Shown here: piece by piece, positions 34,551-43,396 of the stretch
Numbering within the stretch: position 1 is the first letter of the stretch
How the letters are laid out: the number at the start of each line of letters is the position of its first letter
Source: Anaerovoracaceae bacterium
GTDB taxonomy: Bacteria; Bacillota; Clostridia; Peptostreptococcales; Anaerovoracaceae
Assembly (NCBI GenBank): GCA_050953445.1
Contig: JBMNMS010000002.1
Span: 14,599 to 78,598, forward strand
DNA length: 64,000 bases
Reading direction: 5' to 3'
Position numbers and translations under genes: made by a program
Notes under the pieces: generated by a model
Seen by the model: the letters and a program-made list of their open reading frames with translations, nothing else
What the model was told of the DNA's origin: nothing
Database searches by the model: none

Positions 34551-35234
34551 GTGTTACCCAAAGAATATTCTGATTTATTTATTAAAAATTTTTCATTTTG
34601 GGAGCATCTATCTCATGACGAGAAAACCCTTTTAGTTGAAAACGCAAAAAATGTAAGATTTCAAAAAGGCGCAGGGGTGCACAATGAAAATAATGATTGT
34701 TCGGGCATTTTGCTCGTTAAAAGCGGCCAGCTAAGAACATATATGCTCTCCGATGATGGAAGGGATATTACCTTATACAGGATGTTCAGTGGAGATGTCT
34801 GCATAATGTCGGCTGCCTGTGTTTTGGAAGAGGTGACATTCGATGTTTTTATCGATGCAGTGGAGGACACAGAGCTGCTCATCATAGCCACTGCTGCCTT
34901 TAATCGTTTGGCAGAAAACAATATCTATGTTAAGTGTTTTGCATATGAGCAGGCAACCGCCAGGTTTTCTGATGTTATGTGGGCTATGCAGCAGATACTT
35001 TTTATGAGCGTAGATCAAAGGCTTGCAATTTTTCTCATTGATGAGTTTTCGAAAGAGAAGTCAGATAAATTAAGGATTACCCATGAACAAATTGCGCGAT
35101 ATATGGGAAGTGCTCGGGAAGTTGTCAGCCGTATGTTAAAGTATTTTGAGCAGGATGGAATAGTAAGGCTGTCAAGGGGCGGTGTGGAGGTAACAGATAA
35201 GGAAAAACTACGCAAATTAGCGGGTATGGTATGA
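34551..35234 (+). CDS. Crp/Fnr-family transcriptional regulator
   Basis: cNMP-binding-like beta-roll plus a C-terminal HTH (ITHEQIARYMGSAREVVSRMLKYF). GTG 34551 with a GAAGGAGGG RBS is preferred over the TTG at 34515. Confidence 0.85.
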   Translation: MLPKEYSDLFIKNFSFWEHLSHDEKTLLVENAKNVRFQKGAGVHNENNDCSGILLVKSGQLRTYMLSDDGRDITLYRMFSGDVCIMSAACVLEEVTFDVFIDAVEDTELLIIATAAFNRLAENNIYVKCFAYEQATARFSDVMWAMQQILFMSVDQRLAIFLIDEFSKEKSDKLRITHEQIARYMGSAREVVSRMLKYFEQDGIVRLSRGGVEVTDKEKLRKLAGMV

Positions 35235-35283
35235 TATAAAATAGTTTTGTACGAAAATTATATATGAAAGTGGGAGGAAAAGT

Positions 35284-35445
35284 ATGAAGAAATATGTATG
35301 CACCGTTTGTGCCTATGTTTATGATGAAGCTTTAGGTGTTCCGGATGAAGGAATAGCGCCGGGAACCCTTTGGGAGGATGTGCCTGAGGATTGGGTATGC
35401 CCCATATGCGGGGTGGGTAAGGATGAATTTGAGTTAGAGGAATAA
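35284..35445 (+). CDS. Rubredoxin
   Basis: A 53-aa ORF below the track cutoff, [53 protein letters not shown], with two CxxC pairs. GGGAGG RBS. Confidence 0.92.
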   Translation: MKKYVCTVCAYVYDEALGVPDEGIAPGTLWEDVPEDWVCPICGVGKDEFELEE

Positions 35446-35450
35446 CAAAA

Positions 35451-35489
35451 AGGGCTTGCTGGGAAAATTAAACCAACAGGCCCTTTTTC
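35451..35489. terminator. Bidirectional terminator between rubredoxin and the CoADR-fusion gene
   Basis: AGGGCTTGCTGG / CCAACAGGCCCT stem (12 positions, one mismatch and one G-U), flanked by an A-rich tract upstream (ACAAAA) and a T-run (TTTTT) downstream. Confidence 0.65.
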
Positions 35490-35502
35490 TATATTGCAGA
35501 TA

Positions 35503-37953
35503 TCAGATGAAGAGATTTACATTAGATTCTTCCGCATCCCCTAAATAGGCACCTACACCACCTAATTCCACACCTTCTATTAGTTCTTCTTCTTTAATGC
35601 CCATTACATCCATACTCATAGTACAGGCCACAATTTTAACACCGGCCTTAATCCCATTCTCGATAAGGGTTTCTAGGGAGTCTACATTTTTATCCTTCAT
35701 GATCTTTTTCATCATGGCAGTTCCCATTCCACCCATATTCATTTTAGATAGCTTTAGTTTGGATGTTCCTCTGGGAAGCATGCTGCCGAACATAGACTCC
35801 ATAAAGGATTTTTTCACAGGCTGCTTTTGGGATTTGCGTAGGGCAGTCAACCCCCAGAAGGTGAAAAACATCGTAACCGGACGTCCCATGGCTGCCGCAC
35901 CATTAGCTATAATAAACCCGGCCAGCACTTTATCCAGATCACCTGAAAACATTATGATTGTTTTGCCCTCGTTTTCTGATGATGATCCAATGCTTTTGGA
36001 AGCAGGGGCAGCTCCTCCCCCTTTTCTCACCAGAGCCACATAATCTTTACCCCGCTTTTCGTTGGAGATTAAGGTATTACCGGTTCTTTTACTCCATGCG
36101 CTTATATCCCTTGCGAAACCAGGATCCGATGCGGACACTTCCATGACCTCACCCTGATTCATCTCCTTCATAGTCTCATATACCTTCATGATGGGGCCGG
36201 GGCATTGCATTCCACTGCAATCAAGGACTATGGAGGCATCGGGGATGCTTCCGGTATCTGCGACTTCCTCGATAAAGGGTTCCGGGGCATCCTCCCCTAC
36301 ATGATAAATTGCCTGAAAAAATCTGGTTCCGGCAGGGTATAGTTTTACATTGCTAAAACCATTTTGCATCAAAGCCCTTGCACCATTATAAGATCTTACA
36401 CCAATGGTACAGAAGGTCACTATCTCCCTGGTGGGATCCAATTCGTTCATTCTATCCCTTAATTGCTCCAAGGGTATATGCTTTGCGCCGGGGAGCTCAA
36501 AGGTCATCAATTCAGCATCTTCCCTTAAATCCAAAAGTATGGCATCCGGATTGTACTTTTTCACATCCCAATGGGAAAAGGTGACCAACCCGTTCAAAAC
36601 ATTCCTAGCCATATAACCGGCCATATTGACCGGATCTTTTGCAGAGGAATAGGGGGGAGCGTATGCCAGTTCAAGACGCTCTAAATCATAGATGCCGGCA
36701 TTCAGACGTATAGCCGTTGCTATGACATCTATTCGCTTATCCACTCCGTCCATACCGACGATCTGTGCCCCATAGATTTTATTTCCGTCCATTGAAAAAA
36801 GCAGCTTTATGTTTAAAGGAACTGCCCCCGGATAGTAACCGGCGTGATCGTTTTGAGTTATAATAATGCTTTCATAATCTTTGCCTTTTATCAGCCCTCT
36901 TTTTATAAGGTTTTTTTCATTAGAGCCGGTGGATGCACCCACTAGATCAAAAACTTTTGCTATGGATGTTCCCTGGGAACCTGTATATCGTTCGTTAGCA
37001 CCGGCAATATTATCTGCTGTGATACGCGCCTGTTTGTTTGCCGGACTTGCCAGGGGGATCATGGTGGGCTCGTTGAATATGAAATCATTGACTTCGGTTA
37101 CATCGCCAACGGCATAGATATTTGGATCGATGGTCCTTTGCGAATCATCGGTTATGATCCCACCTCTATCGTTGATCTCCAGGCCGGCATCCTTGGCCAG
37201 CTGACTGTTGGGGCGGATGCCTATGGAGAGAATTATCAATTCTGTGGATATGCTTTTTCCACTGTTTAAAGTGAGGGTGATGGAATCCTCCTTATCTTCA
37301 AAGGAGCGAACTCCATCGCCAAGATAAAGCTTGACGCCATTTTGTATGATGTTTTCGTGAAGGAGTTGTGCCATTTCAAAATCCAATGGGGCCATTACCT
37401 GATCCAAGGCTTCCACCAAAGAAACATTTAGGCCGGCATGGCGTAGATTTTCCGCCATTTCAAGGCCGATAAATCCACCTCCCACAACTACGGCACTCTT
37501 AATATTTTCTTCCCGAAGGACCTCGTAGATGCTGTCGGTGTCCGGTATGGTCCAGAGGGTTTTAATCCTTGGGGATTCTATACCCGGTATAGGGGGGCGT
37601 ATTGGGGTAGAGCCTGTTGAAATCACCAATGTGTCATAGGACTCATCATAGGTTTTACCTCCATTCAAGTCCATTACGGTAACGGTCTTTTCGTTCCGGT
37701 TTATTTTGACAACTTCATTCTTCGTTCTTACGTCAACCCCATATTTTTTTCTCATTCCCTCAGGGGTTTGCACGAGCAGAGAATCCCGTGACTTGATAAC
37801 ATCGCCAATGTAGTATGGCAATCCGCAATTTGCGTAAGAAATATATTCACCTCTTTCAAATAGAATTATTTCCGCTTTTTCATCAAGTCTTCTAAGTCTT
37901 GCGGCGCATGTAGCACCTCCTGCTACTCCACCGATGATAAGAATCTTCTTCAT
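35503..37953 (-). CDS. Four-domain fusion: CoA-disulfide/persulfide reductase (FAD/NAD), rhodanese, TusA-like and DsrE-like domains
   Basis: IIGGVAGGATCA, and SYANCGLPYY (Cys43 counted from ATG 37953). Rhodanese loop VTFCTIGVRS, TusA motif MQCPGP, and a C-terminal DsrE/DsrF-like region (IIMFSGDLDKVLAGFIIANGAAAMG..VACTMS). ATG 37953 with AAGGAG 9 nt upstream is preferred over GTG 37971. Confidence 0.85.
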   Translation of the reverse strand: MKKILIIGGVAGGATCAARLRRLDEKAEIILFERGEYISYANCGLPYYIGDVIKSRDSLLVQTPEGMRKKYGVDVRTKNEVVKINRNEKTVTVMDLNGGKTYDESYDTLVISTGSTPIRPPIPGIESPRIKTLWTIPDTDSIYEVLREENIKSAVVVGGGFIGLEMAENLRHAGLNVSLVEALDQVMAPLDFEMAQLLHENIIQNGVKLYLGDGVRSFEDKEDSITLTLNSGKSISTELIILSIGIRPNSQLAKDAGLEINDRGGIITDDSQRTIDPNIYAVGDVTEVNDFIFNEPTMIPLASPANKQARITADNIAGANERYTGSQGTSIAKVFDLVGASTGSNEKNLIKRGLIKGKDYESIIITQNDHAGYYPGAVPLNIKLLFSMDGNKIYGAQIVGMDGVDKRIDVIATAIRLNAGIYDLERLELAYAPPYSSAKDPVNMAGYMARNVLNGLVTFSHWDVKKYNPDAILLDLREDAELMTFELPGAKHIPLEQLRDRMNELDPTREIVTFCTIGVRSYNGARALMQNGFSNVKLYPAGTRFFQAIYHVGEDAPEPFIEEVADTGSIPDASIVLDCSGMQCPGPIMKVYETMKEMNQGEVMEVSASDPGFARDISAWSKRTGNTLISNEKRGKDYVALVRKGGGAAPASKSIGSSSENEGKTIIMFSGDLDKVLAGFIIANGAAAMGRPVTMFFTFWGLTALRKSQKQPVKKSFMESMFGSMLPRGTSKLKLSKMNMGGMGTAMMKKIMKDKNVDSLETLIENGIKAGVKIVACTMSMDVMGIKEEELIEGVELGGVGAYLGDAEESNVNLFI

Positions 37954-37992
37954 TGGCTTTTTCTCCTTCACTACCTGTGGTTAAAACTGAGT

Positions 37993-38304
37993 TTATAGGT
38001 TAAACATATCCATAATAGCTTTTTTAGATTGGACGCCCATATTTTTACCTTCTACCTTGCCGTCTTTCATCAGAACCAGTGTGGGAATGCTCATAACCTG
38101 GAACTGCCTAGCCAATTCCGGTTGTTCATCTACATTCACTTTACAAATCTTAGCGTTTTTCACCTCCGAGGCCAATTCATCTATTACCGGTGAAAGCATT
38201 TGACAGGGGCCGCACCAAGCTGCCCAGAAATCTAAAAGTACCGGCTTATCAGACTGTATTACCTCTTTCTCGAAATTTTCCTTTGTAATATTTAATGCTG
38301 CCAT
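37993..38304 (-). CDS. trxA: Thioredoxin
   Basis: FWAAWCGPC active site, 103 aa. Confidence 0.92.
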   Translation of the reverse strand: MAALNITKENFEKEVIQSDKPVLLDFWAAWCGPCQMLSPVIDELASEVKNAKICKVNVDEQPELARQFQVMSIPTLVLMKDGKVEGKNMGVQSKKAIMDMFNL

Positions 38305-38344
38305 GATAATATCTCCTTTCGGTTTAAGTTTTTTTAGCTTACGT

Positions 38345-38464
38345 GGTTATGATAACCTTTTATTAATTTTTCAACAGTGACCATGTCACAAAAAAACGGA
38401 AAATAATAAAAAAAGCAAAAATGTTGTTATTACAACAGTAATTATCCAAAAATTTGTGTTACAA
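38345..38464. promoter_or_regulatory. Cluster of palindromes in the divergent trxA-hcp control region
   Basis: GGTTATgATAACC (38345-38357), GTGACcatGTCAC (38377-38389), TGTTGTtattACAACA (38422-38437) and TTGTgttACAA (38454-38464). Confidence 0.5.
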
Positions 38465-38540
38465 TTAAGACGCTGCAAGAGCAGAACAAATAATGATGAC
38501 TTAAATATTTTTTTATTAGAATTCAAAGGAGGAAACGCTA

Positions 38541-40169
38541 ATGGGTATGTTTTGTTATCAATGTCAGGAAACTGCTAAGGGTACCGGCTGCACAGTTACC
38601 GGTGTCTGCGGAAAAAAGGAGGATGTATCCAACCTGCAGGACTTGCTGATTTATGCGGTAAAAGGTGTTGCCGATGTGGTACGAAAGGGCAATATCAAAG
38701 TAGAGGATTTAGGTGAAATAAATGGTCAGGTGTTAAGCAGTTTATTTATGACCATAACCAATGCCAATTTTGACGATGAGGCGATAGAGGCTCAGATTAA
38801 GAAGATGATAGATTATCGGGAGTCTTTGAAGAAGGACAAGAACATTGATGGACTTCACGATGCTGCAACTTTTGCTGTCGATGGATCTGCTGCTATGGCA
38901 GAAAAGGCAGCCAAGGTGGGGATCCTGGAAACGGAAAATGAGGATATCCGCTCTTTACGGGAAATGATAACCTATGGATTGAAGGGTATGGCGGCTTATG
39001 CTGAACATGCACTGAACATAGGTAAGGAAAACCCGGAAATATATGCTTTCATATATGAGGCTCTTGCGGCTACATTGGATGATAGCCTTTCTGCCGATGA
39101 CCTGATTGCATTGACATTAAAAACAGGCGAACATGGTGTTAAGGTAATGGCATTGCTGGATGAGGCAAATACCTCAAAATATGGAAATCCGGAGATCACA
39201 TCTGTAAACATCGGAGTTAGAAAGAATCCGGCAATCCTCATATCGGGACATGATTTAACGGATTTAGAGCAACTTTTAGAGCAGACCAAAGGCACAGGGG
39301 TAGATGTATACACCCATAGCGAAATGCTTCCTGCACACTATTATCCCGCATTTAAGAAGTATGATAACTTTGTGGGCAATTATGGTAATGCCTGGTGGAA
39401 GCAGGTTGAAGAATTTGAATCCTTTAATGGTCCGATTTTGTTTACGACAAACTGCATAGTGCCGCCAAGAAGTGAAGATATACGTAAGCGAATCTATACA
39501 ACCGGTTCAGCAGGCTTCCCCCAGTGTAAGCATATTGAAGCTGATGAAAAAGGAAAAAAGGATTTTTCAGAGATTATTGCCCATGCCAAAACACTGCCGG
39601 CGCCTAAAGAGATTGAAACGGGAACTTTAGTTGGTGGCTTCGCACATAATCAGGTATTGGCTCTTGCCGACAAGGTTGTATCAGCAGTTAAGGATGGGGC
39701 TATCAAAAAGTTCTTTGTGATGGCCGGCTGTGATGGAAGAATGAAATCCAGGGCATATTATACTGAATTTGCGGAAAAATTGCCGAAAGACACGGTTATT
39801 CTTACTGCCGGCTGCGCCAAATATCGGTACAATAAGCTAAATTTAGGCGATATAGGTGGAATTCCAAGAGTGTTAGATGCTGGTCAGTGTAACGATTCCT
39901 ACTCCCTTGCGGTAATAGCATTGAAGCTTAAAGAGGTGTTCGGGTTAGATGATATTAACGATCTTCCCATAGCCTACAATATCGCCTGGTACGAGCAAAA
40001 AGCTGTAATAGTTCTGCTTGCACTGCTATATCTTGGGGTGAAGAATATTCATCTTGGCCCCACCCTTCCCGGATTCCTTTCACCTAATGTGGCCAAAGTA
40101 CTGGTTGAGAAGTTTGGTATAGCCGGAATAGGAACTGTTGAAGACGATATCAAGCTATTCATGGGTTGA
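38541..40169 (+). CDS. hcp: Hybrid-cluster protein / hydroxylamine reductase
   Basis: [22 protein letters not shown]-terminal Cys cluster, 542 aa. AGGAGG RBS. Confidence 0.95.
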   Translation: MGMFCYQCQETAKGTGCTVTGVCGKKEDVSNLQDLLIYAVKGVADVVRKGNIKVEDLGEINGQVLSSLFMTITNANFDDEAIEAQIKKMIDYRESLKKDKNIDGLHDAATFAVDGSAAMAEKAAKVGILETENEDIRSLREMITYGLKGMAAYAEHALNIGKENPEIYAFIYEALAATLDDSLSADDLIALTLKTGEHGVKVMALLDEANTSKYGNPEITSVNIGVRKNPAILISGHDLTDLEQLLEQTKGTGVDVYTHSEMLPAHYYPAFKKYDNFVGNYGNAWWKQVEEFESFNGPILFTTNCIVPPRSEDIRKRIYTTGSAGFPQCKHIEADEKGKKDFSEIIAHAKTLPAPKEIETGTLVGGFAHNQVLALADKVVSAVKDGAIKKFFVMAGCDGRMKSRAYYTEFAEKLPKDTVILTAGCAKYRYNKLNLGDIGGIPRVLDAGQCNDSYSLAVIALKLKEVFGLDDINDLPIAYNIAWYEQKAVIVLLALLYLGVKNIHLGPTLPGFLSPNVAKVLVEKFGIAGIGTVEDDIKLFMG

Positions 40170-40196
40170 AATTAGGTGCAAAAAAGCAGCTAAAAT

Positions 40197-40231
40197 ATCC
40201 CACTCCTATGTTATAATCATGGGGGTGGGAT
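40197..40231 (+). terminator. Hairpin after hcp whose loop contains an extended -10 box
   Basis: ATCCCACTCC / GGGGTGGGAT stem (10 bp, one G-U). The loop is TATGTTATAATCATG and contains TGtTATAAT (40209-40217). The U-tract is weak. Confidence 0.45.
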
Positions 40232-40272
40232 TAATATTATTGCTGATGGTTTAACGAAAGGAAGGTGGCTGA

Positions 40273-41772
40273 TTGAATGTAATCGTATCAAAAATTGTGG
40301 AGGTGCTGTATTCGGTAATACCCATCACCCTTATCGTATTAATACTCAATTTTACCTTGATACCAATGGAAGCGGTGTTAATGGTTAGATTCATTATAGG
40401 GGCAGTAATTATAATTATAGGGCTCACAATTTTTTTGTTCGGGGTGGATATTGGCATCACTCCTATCGGGTACGCCATGGGATCGGCAATAATTAAGCCA
40501 AACAAGATAACAGTAGTAATTTTTTCGGGTATTATGTTGGGTTTTTTTATTTCCGTAGCGGAGCCAATTCTCCATATCCTGGCAGGGCAAGTTGATGGAG
40601 TAACGGCCGGATTAATCCCCAAAAGCAGCATAGTGGTTATAGTTGCCCTTGGGGTAGCGATTATGCTGGCGGGAGGGTTGACGAGAATCGTATACAATTT
40701 CCCGCTTCATAAAATGCTTACGGTTCTATATGGAATCATACTTATTTTAGCTTTTTTTGTTTCATCGGAGTTTCTTGCCATATCCTTCGATGCATCCGGT
40801 TCTGTTACAGGTGCCTTAACCGTTCCATTCGTATTAGCTCTTGCCATAGGGGCATCCAAATTGAAAAAGGATAGTAAATCTTCAGAGGAGGACAGCTTTG
40901 GACTACTTGCGGTAGCATCTACAGGAGCAATTATTACGGTGATGTTGATGAGTATCATCTCAAAAACCGGGGAAATAACAGGGGCCCTGGAGGGAGATGG
41001 CACATTATCGGATACGGTTTTAGGCCCCTTTATACAAATACTTCCCCTAGTTACCGGGGAGGTCCTAACGGCATTATCTCCTATGATAATCATCTTCTTC
41101 ATGTTTCAAAAAATCTCTTTAAAGCTATATCGTGCAGAAGTTAGAAGAATACTTTTTGGCTTCCTTTTTACTTTTATCGGATTAATATTCTTTCTTGTAG
41201 GTGTAAATGCAGGATTTATGGAAGTGGGAACCACCGTAGGATACGAGTTGGCATCATTAAATAGCCCCTTATATGTCATATCCTTTGGTTTTGTGCTGGG
41301 TATGGTCATTATTTTAGCAGAGCCGGCGGTCTACGTATTAACCCACCAAATAGAGGATGTAACTAGTGGATACGTAAAAAGAAGAGTGGTTATGGTAACT
41401 TTGGCACTTGGGGTGGCTATAGCTGTAACCCTTTATATTATCAAGATCCTTGTTCCGTCCATACAGTTGTGGCATTATTTGTTGCCCGGATATATAATTG
41501 CCATAGTGATGAGCTACCATGTACCTAAGCTATTTGTCGGAATGGCGTTCGATTCCGGGGCGGTGGCCTCGGGACCTATGACGGCCACCTTCATATTGGC
41601 CTTTGCACAAGGGGTGGCGGAAGCAACGGAGGGGGCTAATGTTCTTATAGACGGGTTCGGGGCGGTGGCAGTAGTGGTAATGACTCCGATTATCGCATTA
41701 CAGGTTCTGGGTATAATTTTTAAAATTAACTCCAAAAAGGAGGGAGTTGGGGAGCATGAGCAGCAAATCTGA
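40273..41772 (+). CDS. Polytopic membrane protein made of two homologous halves (DUF1538-like), putative transporter
   Basis: Halves share GLTIFLFGVDIG / GLIFFLVGVNAG, VAEPILHILAGQVDGVT / LAEPAVYVLTHQIEDVT, and FDASGSVTGALTVPF / FDSGAVASGPMTATF. TTG start with an AAGGAAGGTGG RBS. The DUF1538 name comes from memory. Confidence 0.75.
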   Translation: MNVIVSKIVEVLYSVIPITLIVLILNFTLIPMEAVLMVRFIIGAVIIIIGLTIFLFGVDIGITPIGYAMGSAIIKPNKITVVIFSGIMLGFFISVAEPILHILAGQVDGVTAGLIPKSSIVVIVALGVAIMLAGGLTRIVYNFPLHKMLTVLYGIILILAFFVSSEFLAISFDASGSVTGALTVPFVLALAIGASKLKKDSKSSEEDSFGLLAVASTGAIITVMLMSIISKTGEITGALEGDGTLSDTVLGPFIQILPLVTGEVLTALSPMIIIFFMFQKISLKLYRAEVRRILFGFLFTFIGLIFFLVGVNAGFMEVGTTVGYELASLNSPLYVISFGFVLGMVIILAEPAVYVLTHQIEDVTSGYVKRRVVMVTLALGVAIAVTLYIIKILVPSIQLWHYLLPGYIIAIVMSYHVPKLFVGMAFDSGAVASGPMTATFILAFAQGVAEATEGANVLIDGFGAVAVVVMTPIIALQVLGIIFKINSKKEGVGEHEQQI

Positions 41773-42412
41773 GGGAATAGATGTTGAATTAATTTGTGCT
41801 ATTGTAAATTATGGGTTAGGCAGTAAAATACTTAAAGCAGCTAAAAGATGTGGCATATCAGGAGGAACTGTCGCCCTTGGTTTAGGCACTAAGAATAGCG
41901 GCATAGGCTTTTATGATATAAGGAGGGAAGTCGTTTATATGGCGGCGGATCGAAAGACGGCTTATGAGGCAATAGGTGAGCTGAATAGAATCTTTGAATT
42001 TCATAAAGCTAATAGGGGAATTGTTTTCACTACTTCAATCTGTGGCATTTCAGGAACAAAAAATATTGCCTGTGGGAAAGGAAATGAGGAAAGAGGGGCG
42101 GAGGAAATAATGTATCAGATTATCACGGTAATAGTTGACAGGGGAAGGGGAGAGGATGTTATTGACGCTGCGGTTCGGGGAGGATCCAAGGGAGGAACCA
42201 TAGTCAACGCAAGAGGTTCGGGGGTTCACGAAAGGAGGAAGGTTTTTGCTATTGAAATAGAGCCGGAAAAGGAAATAGTGATTATATTATCGGAAAGAGC
42301 CAGTGTGGATGCCATCACGTCTTCTATTCGGGAAAGCCTGGAAATAGATAAGCCCGGTAATGGAATTATCTTTGTACAGGATGTAAATAAAACATATGGT
42401 ATTGCCAAATAA
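41756..42412 (+). CDS. Tandem PII-like (GlnB-fold) signal-transduction protein
   Basis: Two beta-alpha-beta units of about 100 aa: ELICAIVNYGLGSKILKAAKRCGISGGTVALGLGT and YQIITVIVDRGRGEDVIDAAVRGGSKGGTIVNARGSGVHERRK. ATG 41756 (AGGAGG 11 nt upstream) overlaps the upstream gene by 17 nt. Confidence 0.7.
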   Translation: MSSKSEGIDVELICAIVNYGLGSKILKAAKRCGISGGTVALGLGTKNSGIGFYDIRREVVYMAADRKTAYEAIGELNRIFEFHKANRGIVFTTSICGISGTKNIACGKGNEERGAEEIMYQIITVIVDRGRGEDVIDAAVRGGSKGGTIVNARGSGVHERRKVFAIEIEPEKEIVIILSERASVDAITSSIRESLEIDKPGNGIIFVQDVNKTYGIAK

Positions 42413-42434
42413 ATAAGAAAAAGGAGGTAACAGG

Positions 42435-42803
42435 ATGTTTGGACATGTAACAATTTATGTTAGGAATATAGAGGAGTCACTGAGATTCTATCAGGAGATA
42501 GTGGGATTGGAGGTAACAAGAAGATTCCCCGGTGGCCCTGGGGTGGAAATAGTTTTCCTTGGAGATGGCAAGGGCAAAACAGAGATTGAGTTAATAAAGG
42601 ATGATAAATGTGAAAACGTCGATTTAGGCAAAGACATTTCCCTGGGTTTTGAAGTGGAAGCCCTGGAAAAAACCTTTAAATATGTAGCGGAAAAAGGGTA
42701 CGATTCGGAGGGAGGCATAATCCAACCTACCCCCAATGTAAAGTTCTTTTTTATAAGGGATCCTAACGGGCTTAAGATTCAATTCGTAGAGTATATTGTT
42801 TGA
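42435..42803 (+). CDS. VOC/glyoxalase-family protein
   Basis: MFGHVTIYVRNIEESLRFYQEIVGLEV.. is a typical VOC beta-alpha-beta-beta-beta module, 122 aa. Confidence 0.8.
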   Translation: MFGHVTIYVRNIEESLRFYQEIVGLEVTRRFPGGPGVEIVFLGDGKGKTEIELIKDDKCENVDLGKDISLGFEVEALEKTFKYVAEKGYDSEGGIIQPTPNVKFFFIRDPNGLKIQFVEYIV

Positions 42804-42812
42804 GGTGGTAAG

Positions 42813-43391
42813 ATGAATGAAACTTTAAGGACAATTGCACAACGTTACTCCTGTCGCTCTTTTTCCGATGAGATGCCTTCTGAGGAGCAGGTAAATGCCA
42901 TAGTGGAGGCGGGCTTGCAGGCTCCCAGTGCCATGAATCGGCAGCCTTGGCGGATTATAGTGGTAAAAGACCGGAATCTCATACGGGAAATGGATGAGGA
43001 AGGTATGAAGGAGCTGTCGCTGATGGGCGATAAAAGCGGATATGAACGCATTATGGAAAGGGGGGGCAGGATGTATTATAATGCTCCCGTAATGTTGGTC
43101 ATACCTGTTGAAAAAAATATGGGATATGAACTCATCGATTGTGGCATATTGGCTGAAAATATTGCCCTGGCCGCCACATCCCTGGGCCTTGGAAGTGTAA
43201 TATGTGGTCTTGCGGCGAAAACTTTTTCGGGAGAAAAGGGACCGGAGTTTAAAAAGAAAATAAAATTCCCCGATGGCTTTGAATTGGGGATTACCGTGTT
43301 AATAGGATATCCGGCCCGGGGAATTCAGCCTACGCCCCACACACCTGATGGGACTAAGGTAATAATGATCAATGGAGATGATTACAAATAA
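42813..43391 (+). CDS. Nitroreductase-family protein
   Basis: RYSCRSF, GLQAPSAMNRQPWR and LAATSLGLGS motifs. Confidence 0.8.
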   Translation: MNETLRTIAQRYSCRSFSDEMPSEEQVNAIVEAGLQAPSAMNRQPWRIIVVKDRNLIREMDEEGMKELSLMGDKSGYERIMERGGRMYYNAPVMLVIPVEKNMGYELIDCGILAENIALAATSLGLGSVICGLAAKTFSGEKGPEFKKKIKFPDGFELGITVLIGYPARGIQPTPHTPDGTKVIMINGDDYK

Positions 43392-43396
43392 TTAGA

